Program-made: the position numbers and the translations under genes
In this document: piece after piece, positions 37,320 to 50,672 of the stretch
Layout: every line of letters begins with the position of its first letter
Numbering within the stretch: the first letter of the stretch is position 1
Source of the DNA: Chrysomallon squamiferum
Lineage: Eukaryota > Animalia > Mollusca
Assembly (NCBI GenBank): GCA_012295275.1
Contig: CM022670.1
Location: 25,978,001 to 26,042,000, forward strand
Direction of reading: 5' to 3'
Length of the DNA stretch: 64,000 nucleotides
Notes under the pieces: generated by a model
The model's input: the letters and a program-made list of their open reading frames with translations, nothing else
What the model was told of the DNA's origin: nothing
Databases searched by the model: none

Positions 37320-39283
37320 GCTGCTGTTGTTATTATTATGATTATTATTATTGTTATCTTTAAAAACGACAATCAGCAATAGGAATGATAGACCCAGTTC
37401 TTCACTGTTTTTTATTGGTTAAGATTCACATTGTTATGCTTTCTTAAAATAAAATATAGTTCAGTGTGCTTGAACTCTAGGCGTATCTCAATCTTTAAGG
37501 ACAACATTTGTTTCTCGAGTATTGCGGAATAGCATCCGTGCCTAGATTTGAAACAACGTGTAAATACTTGAAGAGACTGACTTTACATCATCTGACTGGA
37601 GTTTTATTTTTCCTTACTTCTTACAGTTTTTGTAACTACTTTTCTTAATATATGTGTGCGTGCTTATGGGTTCGTGCTAATGTTTCTGTATGTGTGTTTG
37701 TATGTGATTCGTATGTGCGTCTCTGTGCGTGCTTGATCTATATTAGGACACTAATGCTTTTTACTTTCGCCCCAAATAAATCTTAAATACGAAAGAGAGA
37801 ATCGAACTCAAATGAAAACATTTTTTTTATATTTATTTATTTTAATTTTTTTTAGAAATAAATATTAAAGATCAAATTTCAAAACTTGTTCAAATAATCA
37901 GGAATAATTTCTGTCACATTTCTGAAACACAAGTTTGATTGTTCGGGGACACACGGTGAACATATCTAACAAGTCGAGAAAACACTTTAAATTCAGATCA
38001 AACAATCGCCTCGGTCTGGGACGAATCCACAATTCAACAAAAGCGTAGTTATGGTTGTCACAGCTTTAAGATCAAATAGCTTTTATTTATTTATTTATTT
38101 ATTTAACTACTTATTTATTTTCTTAGAACACATAAATTTAAAAAAATATATATGAAATAACAAAAAAAACACCAAAATACATTGATTGGCCAGAACCAGA
38201 TGTTAGATAAGGCTTAATGCGCTCACATCATCCCACAGAATCAATAAACATCAACAGACCACGGTGATGAAATTACATACAACAGAAACAATATTTACCT
38301 CAGCTATCGTTTAAATCGTTCTGTGTGAAAAGACATTGCTAATATCGCAAATATGTGTTGTGTCTGATTCCTTTTATTAACAATAATGTGAAAATAAAAC
38401 AGAACTTTTACCCTCCCATTAAGCAAATAGCTTTTTATTTTTGAACGTTAGCTTGAGCGTAATAATCTAAATGTTAATGTATATTTGTGTGTAAATCTTT
38501 GGCATAGTTTATCAGTGTTGCTGCAGGCGCGGTGTTTGCAGATACATTCCTTCAAGCGCAAAATTAGATGTCTTCAGCCGGAAAGAGAAATGAAATGTAA
38601 TATTGTGTTTGTTTATCCAGTGTATCCACACCCAATAAAACATCTAATTTCAAAGGCTGTTTCGGCTGTATTGATGCAATAAATTAATACTTTGTTAATT
38701 AATAATTATGTAATTCAGTAATAATAATAATAATAATAAGGAGAAGAAGAATATGATGATGATGATGAAGAAGATGAAGAAAAAGAAATAGAAAAAGTAA
38801 TGAACAACAATAAAAATAATAAAATCACATTTTTCATTCCATCGATTGCTAATTTTTCTCTTTTTTGTTTCTCAGTTAAAAACTGCATTAAACGCACAAA
38901 ACGAATTATGTTTGTTATTATTCTTATTATTAAATCGACTTATTGTGGAGGAGGCACTTGTATTATAAGAGAAACAGAAAAACATATACACTTTTAATAA
39001 AAATTTCTACACAAACGACTAATTAAAATGAGAAATGCTGATAAATATAGCATTAAGATGATAAGGGCCTGTGTTGACAGAAAAGACAATCCTTGGAATT
39101 TTTCTTTTTATATAAGACGATCGCTGAGTAATAAAGAACAAGTTTAATGAAAAAGTCTGTTCAGGGAATGATAATGGGTTAATGATGATAACAAAGACAT
39201 TCCGAGAATGATAACAGATAGTGACAGTGACAGTCTTGGAAATAATAAAGGACGGGTATGATAGGAAGAACATGTCTGTAAAC

Positions 39284-39575
39284 GATAAAGAGAAGTTATA
39301 AGAAATCTTAGAATGTTGATGTTACAGTTATGAATGTGTAATTACGACAGCAAAAAATAAAACCAATGCTAACAATGACAAACTGAAAAATGATAAAGAG
39401 AAGTTATAACAAATCTTAGAATGTTGATGTTACAGTTATAAATGTGTAATTACCATAGCAAACAATAAAAGCAATGTTAACAATTACAAATTGAAAATGA
39501 TAAAAGATAATTATAATAAATTTAAGAATGCTAATGTTACAGTTATTAATGTATAATTTCTCCAGTCAACAATAA
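39284..39575. repeat. Tandem repeat, about 108-bp unit, about 2.7 copies
   Basis: GATAAAGAGAAGTTATAA.AAATCTTAGAATGTTGATGTTACAGTTAT recurs at 39284, 39392 and (more diverged) 39499. Confidence 0.85.
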
Positions 39576-40135
39576 AAGAAAGATCTCATCAGGAAATCAA
39601 TACTTTTATAGATCTTGTATTACTCTGGGATTGCTCTCTATTTGCCCATAAAAAAACAACAATAAAATTTCAAATACGAATTTCGCATAATAAGAAGAAA
39701 TGAATGGTCGAAATAAGAGATAAAAAGTAATAGTCTAAATCAAAGAGTGGCATATATAACGTTGTGAAGGTTTAATACAGTCATATATATAAAATCATAT
39801 ATATATTATTTAAAAATATAATGTTTAATTCTTTGTAAGTATCCTGACTTTTAAATTATATAATAACGTTTAAAATAAACTGCAATAATATTACCAACAA
39901 CAGCAGTAAAAATCATTTGAATGGGCAGTTAAAAAAAAAAAAAAAAAAAGAAGAAATTACTTACCAGAAATATCTTGATTATGAAATTCAGTTATAAACG
40001 ATTTCATAAGCTGTCTTTGTAAACTTCAACAGCAAAGACAGCAACAATCATCATAAATGAAAATATTATTCCTTTCATTAAATAGGAATAACTATTTTTA
40101 TTTATTATTTATTTTCTCGGATTCTTTCAGTAAAC

Positions 40136-40173
<38 letters not shown>

Positions 40174-40186
40174 ATGGTAACTATTT

Positions 40187-40585
40187 AAAACGTCCGTAAT
40201 TATTTCTATTTTTCATAAGCGACCGCGATTACTGAAACTTTTCAAAACTTTCCCAGTTATTAGATATCTTCAAATCGTCCGTAATTATCAAAACTCCGGA
40301 AAACGTCCGTAATTATTAGAATTCTAGGAAACGTCTGTATTTATTAGATCTCTTCAAACCGTCCGTAATTATTAGAACTCTAGGAAACGTCCGTAATTAT
40401 TAGAACTCTAGGAAACGTCCGTAATTATTAGATCTCTTCAAATCGTCCGCAGTTAGCAGAACTCTGGTAAAAGTCCGTAATTTTCAAAACTCATCTAAAC
40501 GTTCGTAATTATCTCAATCGTTCAAAATGTTCATAATCCAAAACATCAGTAAATATTATCTGAACAGTTCAAAACTTCCGAAACG
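40187..40585. repeat. Minisatellite, about 28-bp unit (AAACGTCCGTAATTATTAGAACTCTAGG / ...AGATCTCTTC variants), roughly 12-14 copies
   Basis: The core CGTCCGTAATTAT recurs about every 28 bp. It is near-perfect from 40272-40470 and decays on both sides. Confidence 0.88.
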
Positions 40586-41727
40586 ATCTGAAATTAATAT
40601 AAGCGATTAAAGAATGTAAATCTCAATGGATCAGATGATTTTTTTTTTTTTTTTTTTTTTTGTTGTTGTTGTTGTTATTTGTTTGTTGGTGGAATTTGTT
40701 CCTGAGTACCTAGATTTTCTAACAGATATTACAGTGAGGTAGACTTTACGATACTTAGGCTGTCTGAAGAAGACAGACAAAAACAGTGTGCAGAGACCTT
40801 TGAGTAGAAACTGTAAATGCCAGCGTCAGACAGAAAGCTGTTAGTCAACAAGTTAAAATGCTGTGTGTTAGAGAGTGTTTGCTTTCTAATCTAGACAGTC
40901 GCTGAAATCTCCGCTCGGATACGAGGCACTGAGACGCTCAAATGCTGGGTCATGCTGATGTGACCCACATGCCTGGCCTTTCGAAGACTCCACCCAGAAA
41001 TGGATATTAGCTCACCGCTGTAGTTAGCGGTTTTTTTTTTCTTTCTTTTAAAAATGATCATCTTTGGTGTCCTGACTCGTATAAACATCCTTAACAACAT
41101 TAATTTTATTCGCCAGTAATAACCATTTGCATATAATTTTGTAGTTGTAGAGGTAGTAATCGTAGTAGGGTAGCAGCAGCAGCAGCAGTAATAGTAACGG
41201 TAGGAGTAATAATTGCAGAAGCAACAAGAACAACAGCAGTAATAATAATAATACAGTAGAAATAAATTTATAAATATATATTTTTTGGATATTTTGCTTT
41301 CATATTTTTGATAGTTTATTTCTTTTCAGATACAGTTATTCATATTTCGTTCAGTGAAAATAGCACATTAATTACATTATTATTTGTTATTAAATTGCTA
41401 TTATAGTGTCTGTCTAGTTGCAAACGGAAAACCAGCTGTTGTCGTTAGATTGATTTTCCTTCCGTTTCGAGCTAACAGTTCTAGAGACAGGAAAACACAC
41501 GAGTAACGCTGTGGGTATCACCCATTACCAGAACGGAAACTGTCTTAATTCGAGTGTAGCGAAGATTCGATCCAGTAAACGCCCATTTACCGGGGAATAA
41601 AAAAATCAAAAGTATCAAAATAAAAATGAATATGTTAGTTAATATTTATGACAACGTAGCTTCTAATCACTTACTGCTTTCTGATCATGTATGGAAGTAT
41701 GATAATCAACAACTTAATAATAATAAT

Positions 41728-41805
<78 letters not shown>

Positions 41806-43319
41806 GTAATAATGTTGAAGGCTATGTTCGTGAAAACGACAAACAGTGAACTTCATTCAATACAACAGTAAAAATAGAAATAATATAATATTATACGAAC
41901 GTACCTCCTAATAAAAAATTCTTTCTATTCACATTTCACATAGAACACTAAACCACGCAAACACCAATCAACAGACAAAAAGCGCACAGTTTTTGTTGAC
42001 ACTTCATTCCACAGGTATTAAAAATTAAACTAAAACAATAATCAATATTTATGGTACGTTACTTTCTGATCAGGTGTCTCTCCCTATTCGCTTGTGACGT
42101 GAGATACAATCAACTTATCATACACATCGAGTCGAAATTTGAAAGCTTCTATCTCAAAGCTAAAATCAACAGAAGTGTTTTGTAATACAATAAAAACAAA
42201 AATAAAGCAATGTAACATATATATATACCTTTCTAGTAATTAGTTATGCTTTTTGTTAAAATCATTATTGCAGTACGGGTTACAAAAATCTTGCTGGTAA
42301 GTATTGATAATGTGCTCATATCAAAGATTCGATCTTCTGTCTGTTGATTAAGATTCATGATTTAGTTTTTGCAAAGGAAAATGAAAGTAAAATAAATAAA
42401 GTAAACAAAACAAGTAAACAAATAAATAAATAAATAATTGACAAAGAGTGCACGACAAACTTACATGCTAAGCAGATTCGGCTCTCCATTCACTTATCAC
42501 AATGCAAGTTACGACAGGATGTTGCACAGGAAACATCAGCATTGTCTGTCGTTTTTATTCGCATATTCCAATTAGAATCCATTACACGATTAGAAAAAGC
42601 TGTACAAACACTTAGTACACTGAGCTACCAGCTTGTTTTTTTTTTTAATATATAATTAATCTGTATGAAAAAAAAATAAACTCCAATTTATTGTTAGCTG
42701 CATCAGGTGTAAAATATCCATCGATTTTTCTGTTTTGTTGATGACGTTCTGGTTGTTTTCAGAAGAAGTTTCTGTCGGTTTTAGATGACGTATCTTTGTT
42801 CTGTGAATAACATCACAGTGGAGGAATGTGGTTGAATCAATAGTGAACAATTAATAACATATCGATCAGAATCATTACACGCGACAGTCGTGTGTAGAGT
42901 TAACCTGTGTGTAATGTTAAACCACTCTGCTTCACTGTATTACCTCTTACATATCTCCATTACAGTATTTTAAATTTAATTATTTTTTTTTAAATTTCTT
43001 TTTATTGTTAATGATTTACCGTACTGTTTTCTCCTAACACTTAAGGATAATAATATAGCCTAACGTTAATTACGTGAAAATTACGTGTGTCTTGTGTTGG
43101 TCACTAGATGTGTGTGTGTGTGACTGGTCGCATGACTCAGATCGGTCACTCACTGAGATGATTCACCGTTCCAGTCAGAGCCTCACGACTCGTTTGTCAA
43201 ATCCTGCAGCACGTGTTTTCTACCTTTGGAAAGTGCTTATAAAAACATGCACTCTGGCTAACTTATGAACGAAGTTGTTGGGATAATGACAGCGGTATCT
43301 TTCCTTTTATCATCACTAT

Positions 43320-43328
43320 GATACATAC

Positions 43329-43361
<33 letters not shown>

Positions 43362-43398
43362 CACACACATACACATACATATACATACATACATACAC

Positions 43399-43456
<58 letters not shown>

Positions 43457-43520
43457 TTATATATAGAGAGATATATAGATATAGACACATATACAAATAC
43501 ATATACACACACATACACAT
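43320..43520. repeat. Compound (TACA)n/(TA)n/(CA)n microsatellite
   Basis: Directly visible. A similar compound tract lies at 36046-36200. Confidence 0.85.
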
Positions 43521-43855
43521 AACTCAACACACATGGATATGTTTTACTCAATAATTTACTTGTTTTTACATACTGCATAACACTTAGTAACATGTCTAGA
43601 TCTGGTATTGCGCGAAATTATGAAATATATTGTTCTTTCAGTTTTATTTTTGTCGTCTCTAATTATTGCTCTCTGCTTCTGTTTTCTTCTTACTTCTGTT
43701 CAGAAGTATTCTCTTTTCACATAGTCTCAACATAAATTATAACACAACATTTTAGTAAATTAAATTAATGCCAGAGGATTTAACTAACGATATGCTTTTA
43801 TTTACACAGGTTGCCATGGATACAAGCATAGTGAGCTTCGGGCATGCGCTACTTA

Positions 43856-44121
43856 CAGCGGGGCGCAGTGGGGGGCGAAGGGGTGATGGCCCCTGCCATC
43901 CAAATGGGGAGGTCATCAATCAGAGAAAAGAACTAAATGACTTTGGTTGATTTATAATTAAGTCGAATGAAGTGTTTATTTTATGGTTTCATCTGTGTTT
44001 ACATAGTCAAAATATCTTCCTTTGTCATAATGTTTCTCCGTTCTAGGCCTTATACTTGCGTCTTTGGGTCATACAATCAAGGAGTTGGCCCCGGGCATCA
44101 CCAGACCTCTGTAAACTACTG
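43856..44121. mobile_element. hAT-superfamily MITE, copy 1
   Basis: Begins CAG and ends CTG; 8-bp TSD GCTACTTA/GCTACCTA (7/8). Collinear over about 260 bp with 61292-61553. Confidence 0.82.
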
Positions 44122-45599
44122 GCTACCTACCATCAGACATAACATGCCTATGCAGAGGGGGTTGTACCAACAATACTCGGTATATATTTCAATAAAACTA
44201 TATTGCTTTAGAAAAAAACAACATTTTTGCTATCCTACAAAATGTATTTCGTTATTAATATGCTATATATATTTCAATAAAGCTATGTTGCATTAAGGAA
44301 AAAAAGAAATAAAATAAAAAGAAGAAGAAAAAGGTATCTTGCTATCAAACAAAATTTCCTTTGTTATTAAGAATATTCATTAGTATTCTGTAACTGGGTT
44401 CATCTCCTTATTACTATGTTATAGACTTCGTATCTTTATATTTATTTATATTGTTAACGTTAATTATGTTTGATAAAAGGTCAAAATGTACCTAACGATT
44501 TCTCTTGATCTGTAGTATTATTTTTAATATAGATCAAACGAAATAACTGAACACTTTTATTTATTTATTCTTTCATTTATTTTTATTATTTATTTATTTA
44601 TATATTTATATATTTAATTATTTATTGTTTGTTTGTTTGTTTGTTTGTTCCTTGATGGCTTTCTAGTAGATTAGTTTTGTTTGTATTTTTGTTTTACTTG
44701 TGATATTAATTCGAAACTGATTTAAAATTTTCTTTCTCTATCCATTCACAAACACGTGCAAAAAAGAAAATAAAGAAATAATAAAAACAAAATAATTGAA
44801 GAAAATTCAGTTAGAAAAACCATTTAAATTCAGATCTTTAGAAATGAAAAGCAATGAGACAGTAGTAGTCCATTATTTCATTTTTCTAAAAATAATTTCT
44901 ATCTATTTTTATTTCTTTTATTTTCACCGACCAGTCGCTCATTACAAAGAAATCTGAGAACTGTAGAATCCTTATTAGTTCGGCGTGTTGACACAGACGA
45001 CAACTGTACGAAGTCGACAATTACGTTTCTTTCTGCGCGTGATGACAAAATAAGTTGTTCGGTGTTGTCGAGATGTGTGTGATTTCGTGTACTTTTCATT
45101 ATAATTACCGTAATATCAAAACAGCAGGTCACGTCGTCTGACAGCAGAACCACTGAGCAGGCAAGTTCTTCATTCGACTGTCACAAGATCAAGGATAAAC
45201 TTTACCAGTAGTAACAACTGTAGACGTCCGTGTAGCGTAACAGTTTAATCAAGAAGAAGAAATTAGAACAGAGAAGAAAGATTCTTAACAAAGAAACGGG
45301 TTTGTCTTTCTAATTATAAGAAACAGAAGGTGGAAAAGTGTTTCTGCTGACGTTTTGTTTTATTTTAAATAAAATAAACATTTTGATGTGAAGGCGATCA
45401 GACCACGTGTAAAAATACTTCCTGCTCACAAGATTAGAAATTAGCAATATAAATGCTGTCATTTTGAAATAACGAAAAAGACATAACAACAAAAGGAAAA
45501 CAGATTCTTTTTTCTAAACATAATATACAGTTAACTGTGGCTGGGAACGAAGTAATACTCCATTTAAATAAATATTTTAAAAATTAAAAGTTTGCGTAC

Positions 45600-46724
45600 A
45601 TGCAAAAATCTATGTTCTGCGTTCCAGCCTTCAAGTTCTGTACGGATCTTTGTTGTGAAGAGGACATTTTCACCAGCTTTATGTTAAACCTGTCTGTTTC
45701 ATGGACTGGTGAAGATTACCCGGAGCCACTAAAGACCGTGTATATCATTACAGGTTTGCTGTACTTGTTTCTCGGTGTTTCTGGCAATGGGTTGATAATA
45801 GTCAGCATCCTGACAGTGAAACAACACAGAAGCTGCAGTAACGCCTTCATTATCAACTTGGCTGCTTCGGACATTCTGTTAGCAGGATACATTCTCCCCA
45901 TTACTCTGGTGGACCTGTTGCAGGCGACGTATCCGGTCCGTAACCTCTGTGTATTTAACGGCGCTCTGTATCGTGTGTTAAGTTTTGTGTCAGTTGTTGG
46001 GAAAACTTTAGTCGCCGTTAGTCGGTTCTTCCAGATATGTCGGTCCGACGCTTACCGCAGATTCTTCAAGAAGCGAAAAGTTATCCTCATCTGTGTGAGT
46101 CTGTGGACTGCAGCGGGGGCTTCTGTGTGGTTTTCTCGTGGGATAGGGGCGATAGAGTTTGCCTACGACCCTAAAATTCATATATGTCGGGTGATATTCA
46201 CCGACCTGACCCGAGCCAACAGCGTGTATTTCTCTTTCATCGCTTTGTGTATTGGTATTGCCCTGTTCTGTTACGCGAAAGTCTACAAAAAGGTGAAGAC
46301 GTCTGTTGATGTTTTTGCTACAGCGTACCCACAGTTATCTTCACGTGGCTTTTGTCGAAATGCTCTGGACAGTGTGCGGACTAACTGTATAATATTCATA
46401 GTGCACGTCCTCTGTATAACACCGGACATCTCTCTCTCCAACTTCGCTGTTCAGAACGTCGTCGTCCGCGGAATAGCTGCCAATTTACGTTTCGCTGGAA
46501 CTGTAACTAGTTTCGTAATGTATGGTGCCTTGAACAAATCAATCTCCAAGACTTATAAAGATATGCTGTGCCGCTTTAAGTGTGTTTGTTTGAAGGAACC
46601 GATTGTATTTTCTGTTGGTAGAAGATATGCTGAATCGACAAATAACAGGCCGGAAGCCATATTCCATATTGCTGGTTCACTGAACAGTCGACATCGAAAT
46701 GATATAGAGAGCAGCATGATTTAG
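45600..46724 (+). CDS. Intronless rhodopsin-family (class A) 7-TM GPCR, orphan/melatonin-receptor-like
   Basis: 374-aa ORF with seven hydrophobic segments: TM1 GVSGNGLII, TM2 FIINLAASDILL, TM3 C...VAVSRFFQIC, TM4 Trp, an ECL2 Cys, TM5 CYAKVYKKVK, TM6 VLCITP and TM7 FVMYGALNK. The true start may be the ATG at 45681 (MLNLS, an N-glycosylation sequon). Confidence 0.9.
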   Translation: MQKSMFCVPAFKFCTDLCCEEDIFTSFMLNLSVSWTGEDYPEPLKTVYIITGLLYLFLGVSGNGLIIVSILTVKQHRSCSNAFIINLAASDILLAGYILPITLVDLLQATYPVRNLCVFNGALYRVLSFVSVVGKTLVAVSRFFQICRSDAYRRFFKKRKVILICVSLWTAAGASVWFSRGIGAIEFAYDPKIHICRVIFTDLTRANSVYFSFIALCIGIALFCYAKVYKKVKTSVDVFATAYPQLSSRGFCRNALDSVRTNCIIFIVHVLCITPDISLSNFAVQNVVVRGIAANLRFAGTVTSFVMYGALNKSISKTYKDMLCRFKCVCLKEPIVFSVGRRYAESTNNRPEAIFHIAGSLNSRHRNDIESSMI

Positions 46725-46834
46725 AACTGACAGTGTTATATCGAAGACATGGAGCTTAATTCTTTTTCTGATATTTAATCTGTTTGTATTTCTTCACGTC
46801 TCTTTTTTATTTTATTTATTTATTTATTTATTTA

Positions 46835-46874
<40 letters not shown>

Positions 46875-49415
46875 GTTGTTGTTGCTGTTATTGTTGTTAT
46901 TTGTTTTGTTCATGCATTCCTCTTTGTCTTTCCATCTTTGTAAAAGAAATATTTTATTCTGCCAAGCTTTATCAAAAATTGACAATTGACATTCCAGAAG
47001 AATTGTTTTCCAAATTTAACAGTATTTCTAAAAATGTATAAAAAGTTTTAAAAAAATATTTTCCCAGGAAATGTATTATTAACATTCCTTTATGAAAGCT
47101 GTTCTCTTCTTTATTAAAATAAACCTTAGACTGTTGAATTACGTAATGGCCATGACCAGCATATAATGTTATCTAAGACATGAACAACCATACAGCCAGC
47201 ACTAAACATTTTATATAAACTCTTTCGACGTACATTTAACTAGAAAACTCTGATTAAGCAATTTTCTGTCCTTTATTTTCAATGATTTTTGCCATTAGAT
47301 AATTCAAAATAAAACAGAACATTTGGAGCATACGTCACTATGATGATTCGTGAATAATTTTCAGGGATTGTCAGTCTGTCTATCTTGAACAGCAATAGGC
47401 TGTCCAAAAAGCCAAGTGTAACTGGATAAGTCGGTTTCAGTTATGCAAGACTAGTACACTGCAGTTGAAATGTGATGCTTCGTGAAAGAATATTTGCTGA
47501 ACCACTCAATCTGGTATATATCGGCATTTGCTGCCTGCTTCGTATTTTAATACTAAATATATGTACATATATATATACATACAGACAGACAGACAGACAG
47601 ACATATATATATATATATATATATAACTGGAATAATTGGCTGCTATTTTAATATCTCAGCTTTATCCTTAAAATTTTAGAATGGCCCAATCGTACGTTCG
47701 ACCTGATTTATTTCTTTTACCCTGCAATCCAAAATAATTTTAAAAATAAATAAATAAAATTATAACTGTTAAAAGAAAAAGAAAAGTAAAAAAAGAAAAA
47801 AAAATGTTAATGAATAAGCTAATTTGCCAGAATGTGATTGTTAATATAATGATCATTGCTGCAGAGTAAGCATAACTCTACATACTCAGCTGAGGTTGAT
47901 ACTGTGAATGATATCAAGTAATATTTGTCGCAGTCTGTTTGTTTATTTTAAAGGATGTGACTTTCGGGATATTATCCTACTTTTTGTTTTAATTTCTTCA
48001 AATTATATTCATAATTTATATCATAGAGCGTATGTGTGATTAGGTATGCGAGTGCTTTTCACTGTGGATGTGTGGGGATTATTATATATCATAGAATTTG
48101 ATCATCGTTTCTTAAGTAGCAAGAATAATAAAAAATCTTGATATTTATTTATTTATTTATTTATTTATGTATTTATCTTTTGTGAATTAAATGTATTTAC
48201 AACAAATCAAACACATTTTCTGAAGAAGATAAATTGACCAAGAATGGTAACAGTGAAATTTTGTAAATACCTTCATAATTATTTTCTTTTCTTTTTTGGT
48301 AATTGCAACAAATAAACATATTTTACTGAGGCACTGGCCTGTGAACACTTTTCAAATGTCTTTCTTTGTTTAATCATTATTAGTTATGATATTTACATTC
48401 AGTATAATTTAATTTGTGGTGAGTTTTCTTTACGTTACAAAAATCACTGAGTTTCAATATTTAAAATAGAATTAAACTTAAAATAGAATAACTGAAAGCA
48501 CCCATCAGGGATTAATGAAAAGAGAAACATGTATTACTGAAGTTGATCTGGGAAGACTATCTACAACTTTCGTCTCTTTACACAGAATAAATCTATTGCC
48601 TTTTATTGAGTATTTCCGTGTGGAAGGACAATTCAGTGACTCCACAATATATTTTTTTTTTTTTTTTTTTTTTTCATAACCCTACATTTGTTGGCGGTAA
48701 AGATTTTAAATAACAAAGATGGTTGCGAAGTTTATTATTAATTTTCTTTGCTGCTCTTAACAAGTAGTCTGAGACATGAAAAATTATAGATCAGCACATT
48801 TATTTTTTTTTTTTTTTTTGATTTTTATGATTTTTAGCAAATACAATTAAACCCTGGACGAGACAGCATATACCTCAGTTTTTCATTCATCAGTCACAGA
48901 ACGCGTGCTGGCACGAAACTAGAACAAAGTTGAATGGACACCACTCCATCCTTTGTTAGCCATTTACCACCAAGCAACAGAAGTCTCCCCGAACTTAATT
49001 ACAGTAACAATGTCTTTCAAACAGCAGTCAAAATTTAGTGAAAAAAGGAAATCAGTGATTAAGGGCATTTCATGAATGCACGCGATGTGATCTTTTATTT
49101 AGTATGAGAGGCCATTTACATAAAATAAAGGAAGTATGTTTTCTTGATAATCAGTGTCATTATCCAGCTCGTCGCGTGACACAAACAGTGGGACTTTAAA
49201 ATAAAAATCTTTTAAATGAGGTCCGTTTGGAGCCATAAATAAAGTTAATGACCAGAATTACAATAAATCTAATTCGGAATTTTTTTTTTTTTTTTTTTTT
49301 TTTTTGGGGAGTGTAAATGTGTTTTATTTAAACGAATTTAATTAGTATTCGTATTGCATGTTTAGGTGGAGATCCAGAAGTTAATACATTAAGCCTCCTA
49401 TAAGATTTATTTAAT

Positions 49416-49490
<75 letters not shown>

Positions 49491-49985
49491 TATAATTAAT
49501 ATCATTTCATCATGTTCGTTTTAGACCTATCCATCATTCAATGAACACTTTTCTTTTTGAAATTTTGAATAAGCCTCGTATATTACTTTTTTTTAAATTT
49601 ATTTATTAAGTATATCATTAAAATAAACCAAATATAGAAAATAAATATCTAGTGACGTCAAACTCAAATGTTAAGCACTTTTTTCCTTCTTCTTGTAAAT
49701 GTGACAAATGTTATATTTGTAACTTAAAAAATACATATACTAATAAATAAATTAATAATGGCAAAAATGGATTATCATGTCAGCTCATCGCAGTATGAAA
49801 TTGACTATATAGAATGTCTTGTCTAGCCAGAAAAAAAAAAAATGAATAAAAAGTTTGAAAGGTTGAACTGGTCATGTTTCTTTTAAGATCATTATTGTTA
49901 AAGAGGAAACTGAAAACGCCGTTTCAAGAAATACACTTACCTATATATTATCCTTCAGCATATACAGGATCTTATACATACATAC

Positions 49986-50038
<53 letters not shown>

Positions 50039-50073
50039 TGATAGATAGATAGATATATCAATTTTCCCCAAAA

Positions 50074-50672
50074 CAGTGGTACCTTAACTTACATACCATT
50101 TAATCCGTTCCAGCCCCCAAAAAACCACCCCATTTTTTGTTTTTTTTTTTTGTAAGTTTTTTTTAAATAATAAAAATATATTTTTAAATGACAAATAAAA
50201 AACAAAATAAAAGAGAACATAAAGAAATAAATTGGTTTTGTAAAGTGTATTTATCTTGGAGATCAGACAAATAATTTTTTTTTGGCTGGAGTTACAGCCT
50301 TTATCGACTCCTGGTTCAGTATGGTACATATCGTAAAAGTACTACGCTCATATTGCCTAGCCATGTTGACTATGTGCACAACTTTTTGTTTAATTCTAGC
50401 TTAAATTCAATGGACATCAATGGACATCAATGGACGTCATCCGCTTCTTTTCAGCATTATCCTTTGGACTCAGTTTCTTAGGATCCATGGCCTAAAAAAT
50501 AAATTTTCCAAAATACTGCACAAAACGCTCGCAAACACAAAGAGATTGTTCCGCGGCGAGGTAACTCGAAAACAACGAGTTGCGGGATGCTGGCTAGATG
50601 TTATATTGTTCGTTGCGCCAACTAGCGGCGGCATTGAAGTCGCTCGTAAATCGGATTTTGGCTCGCAACTAA
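50074..50672. mobile_element. Tigger/pogo-like MITE, second (rearranged, right-truncated) copy
   Basis: Starts with the TIR CAGTGGTACCTTAACTTAC. It shares GTTCCAGCCCCCAA...TTGTAAAGTGTATTTATCTTGGAGAT and TTGCGCCAACTAGCGGCGGC...GGATTTTGGCTCGCAACT with the 25789-26191 copy and carries about 330 bp of extra internal sequence. Confidence 0.8.

Noticed and set aside
40187-40585. CRISPR-like array of about 28-bp repeats
   Set aside because: The units are directly tandem with no unique spacers, there are no cas genes, and the context is eukaryotic. It is a minisatellite.
43768-44296. Similar small ORFs at 43768-44296 and 61294-61491 suggesting a duplicated gene
   Set aside because: The similarity is explained by the hAT MITE, and frames are not conserved between the copies.
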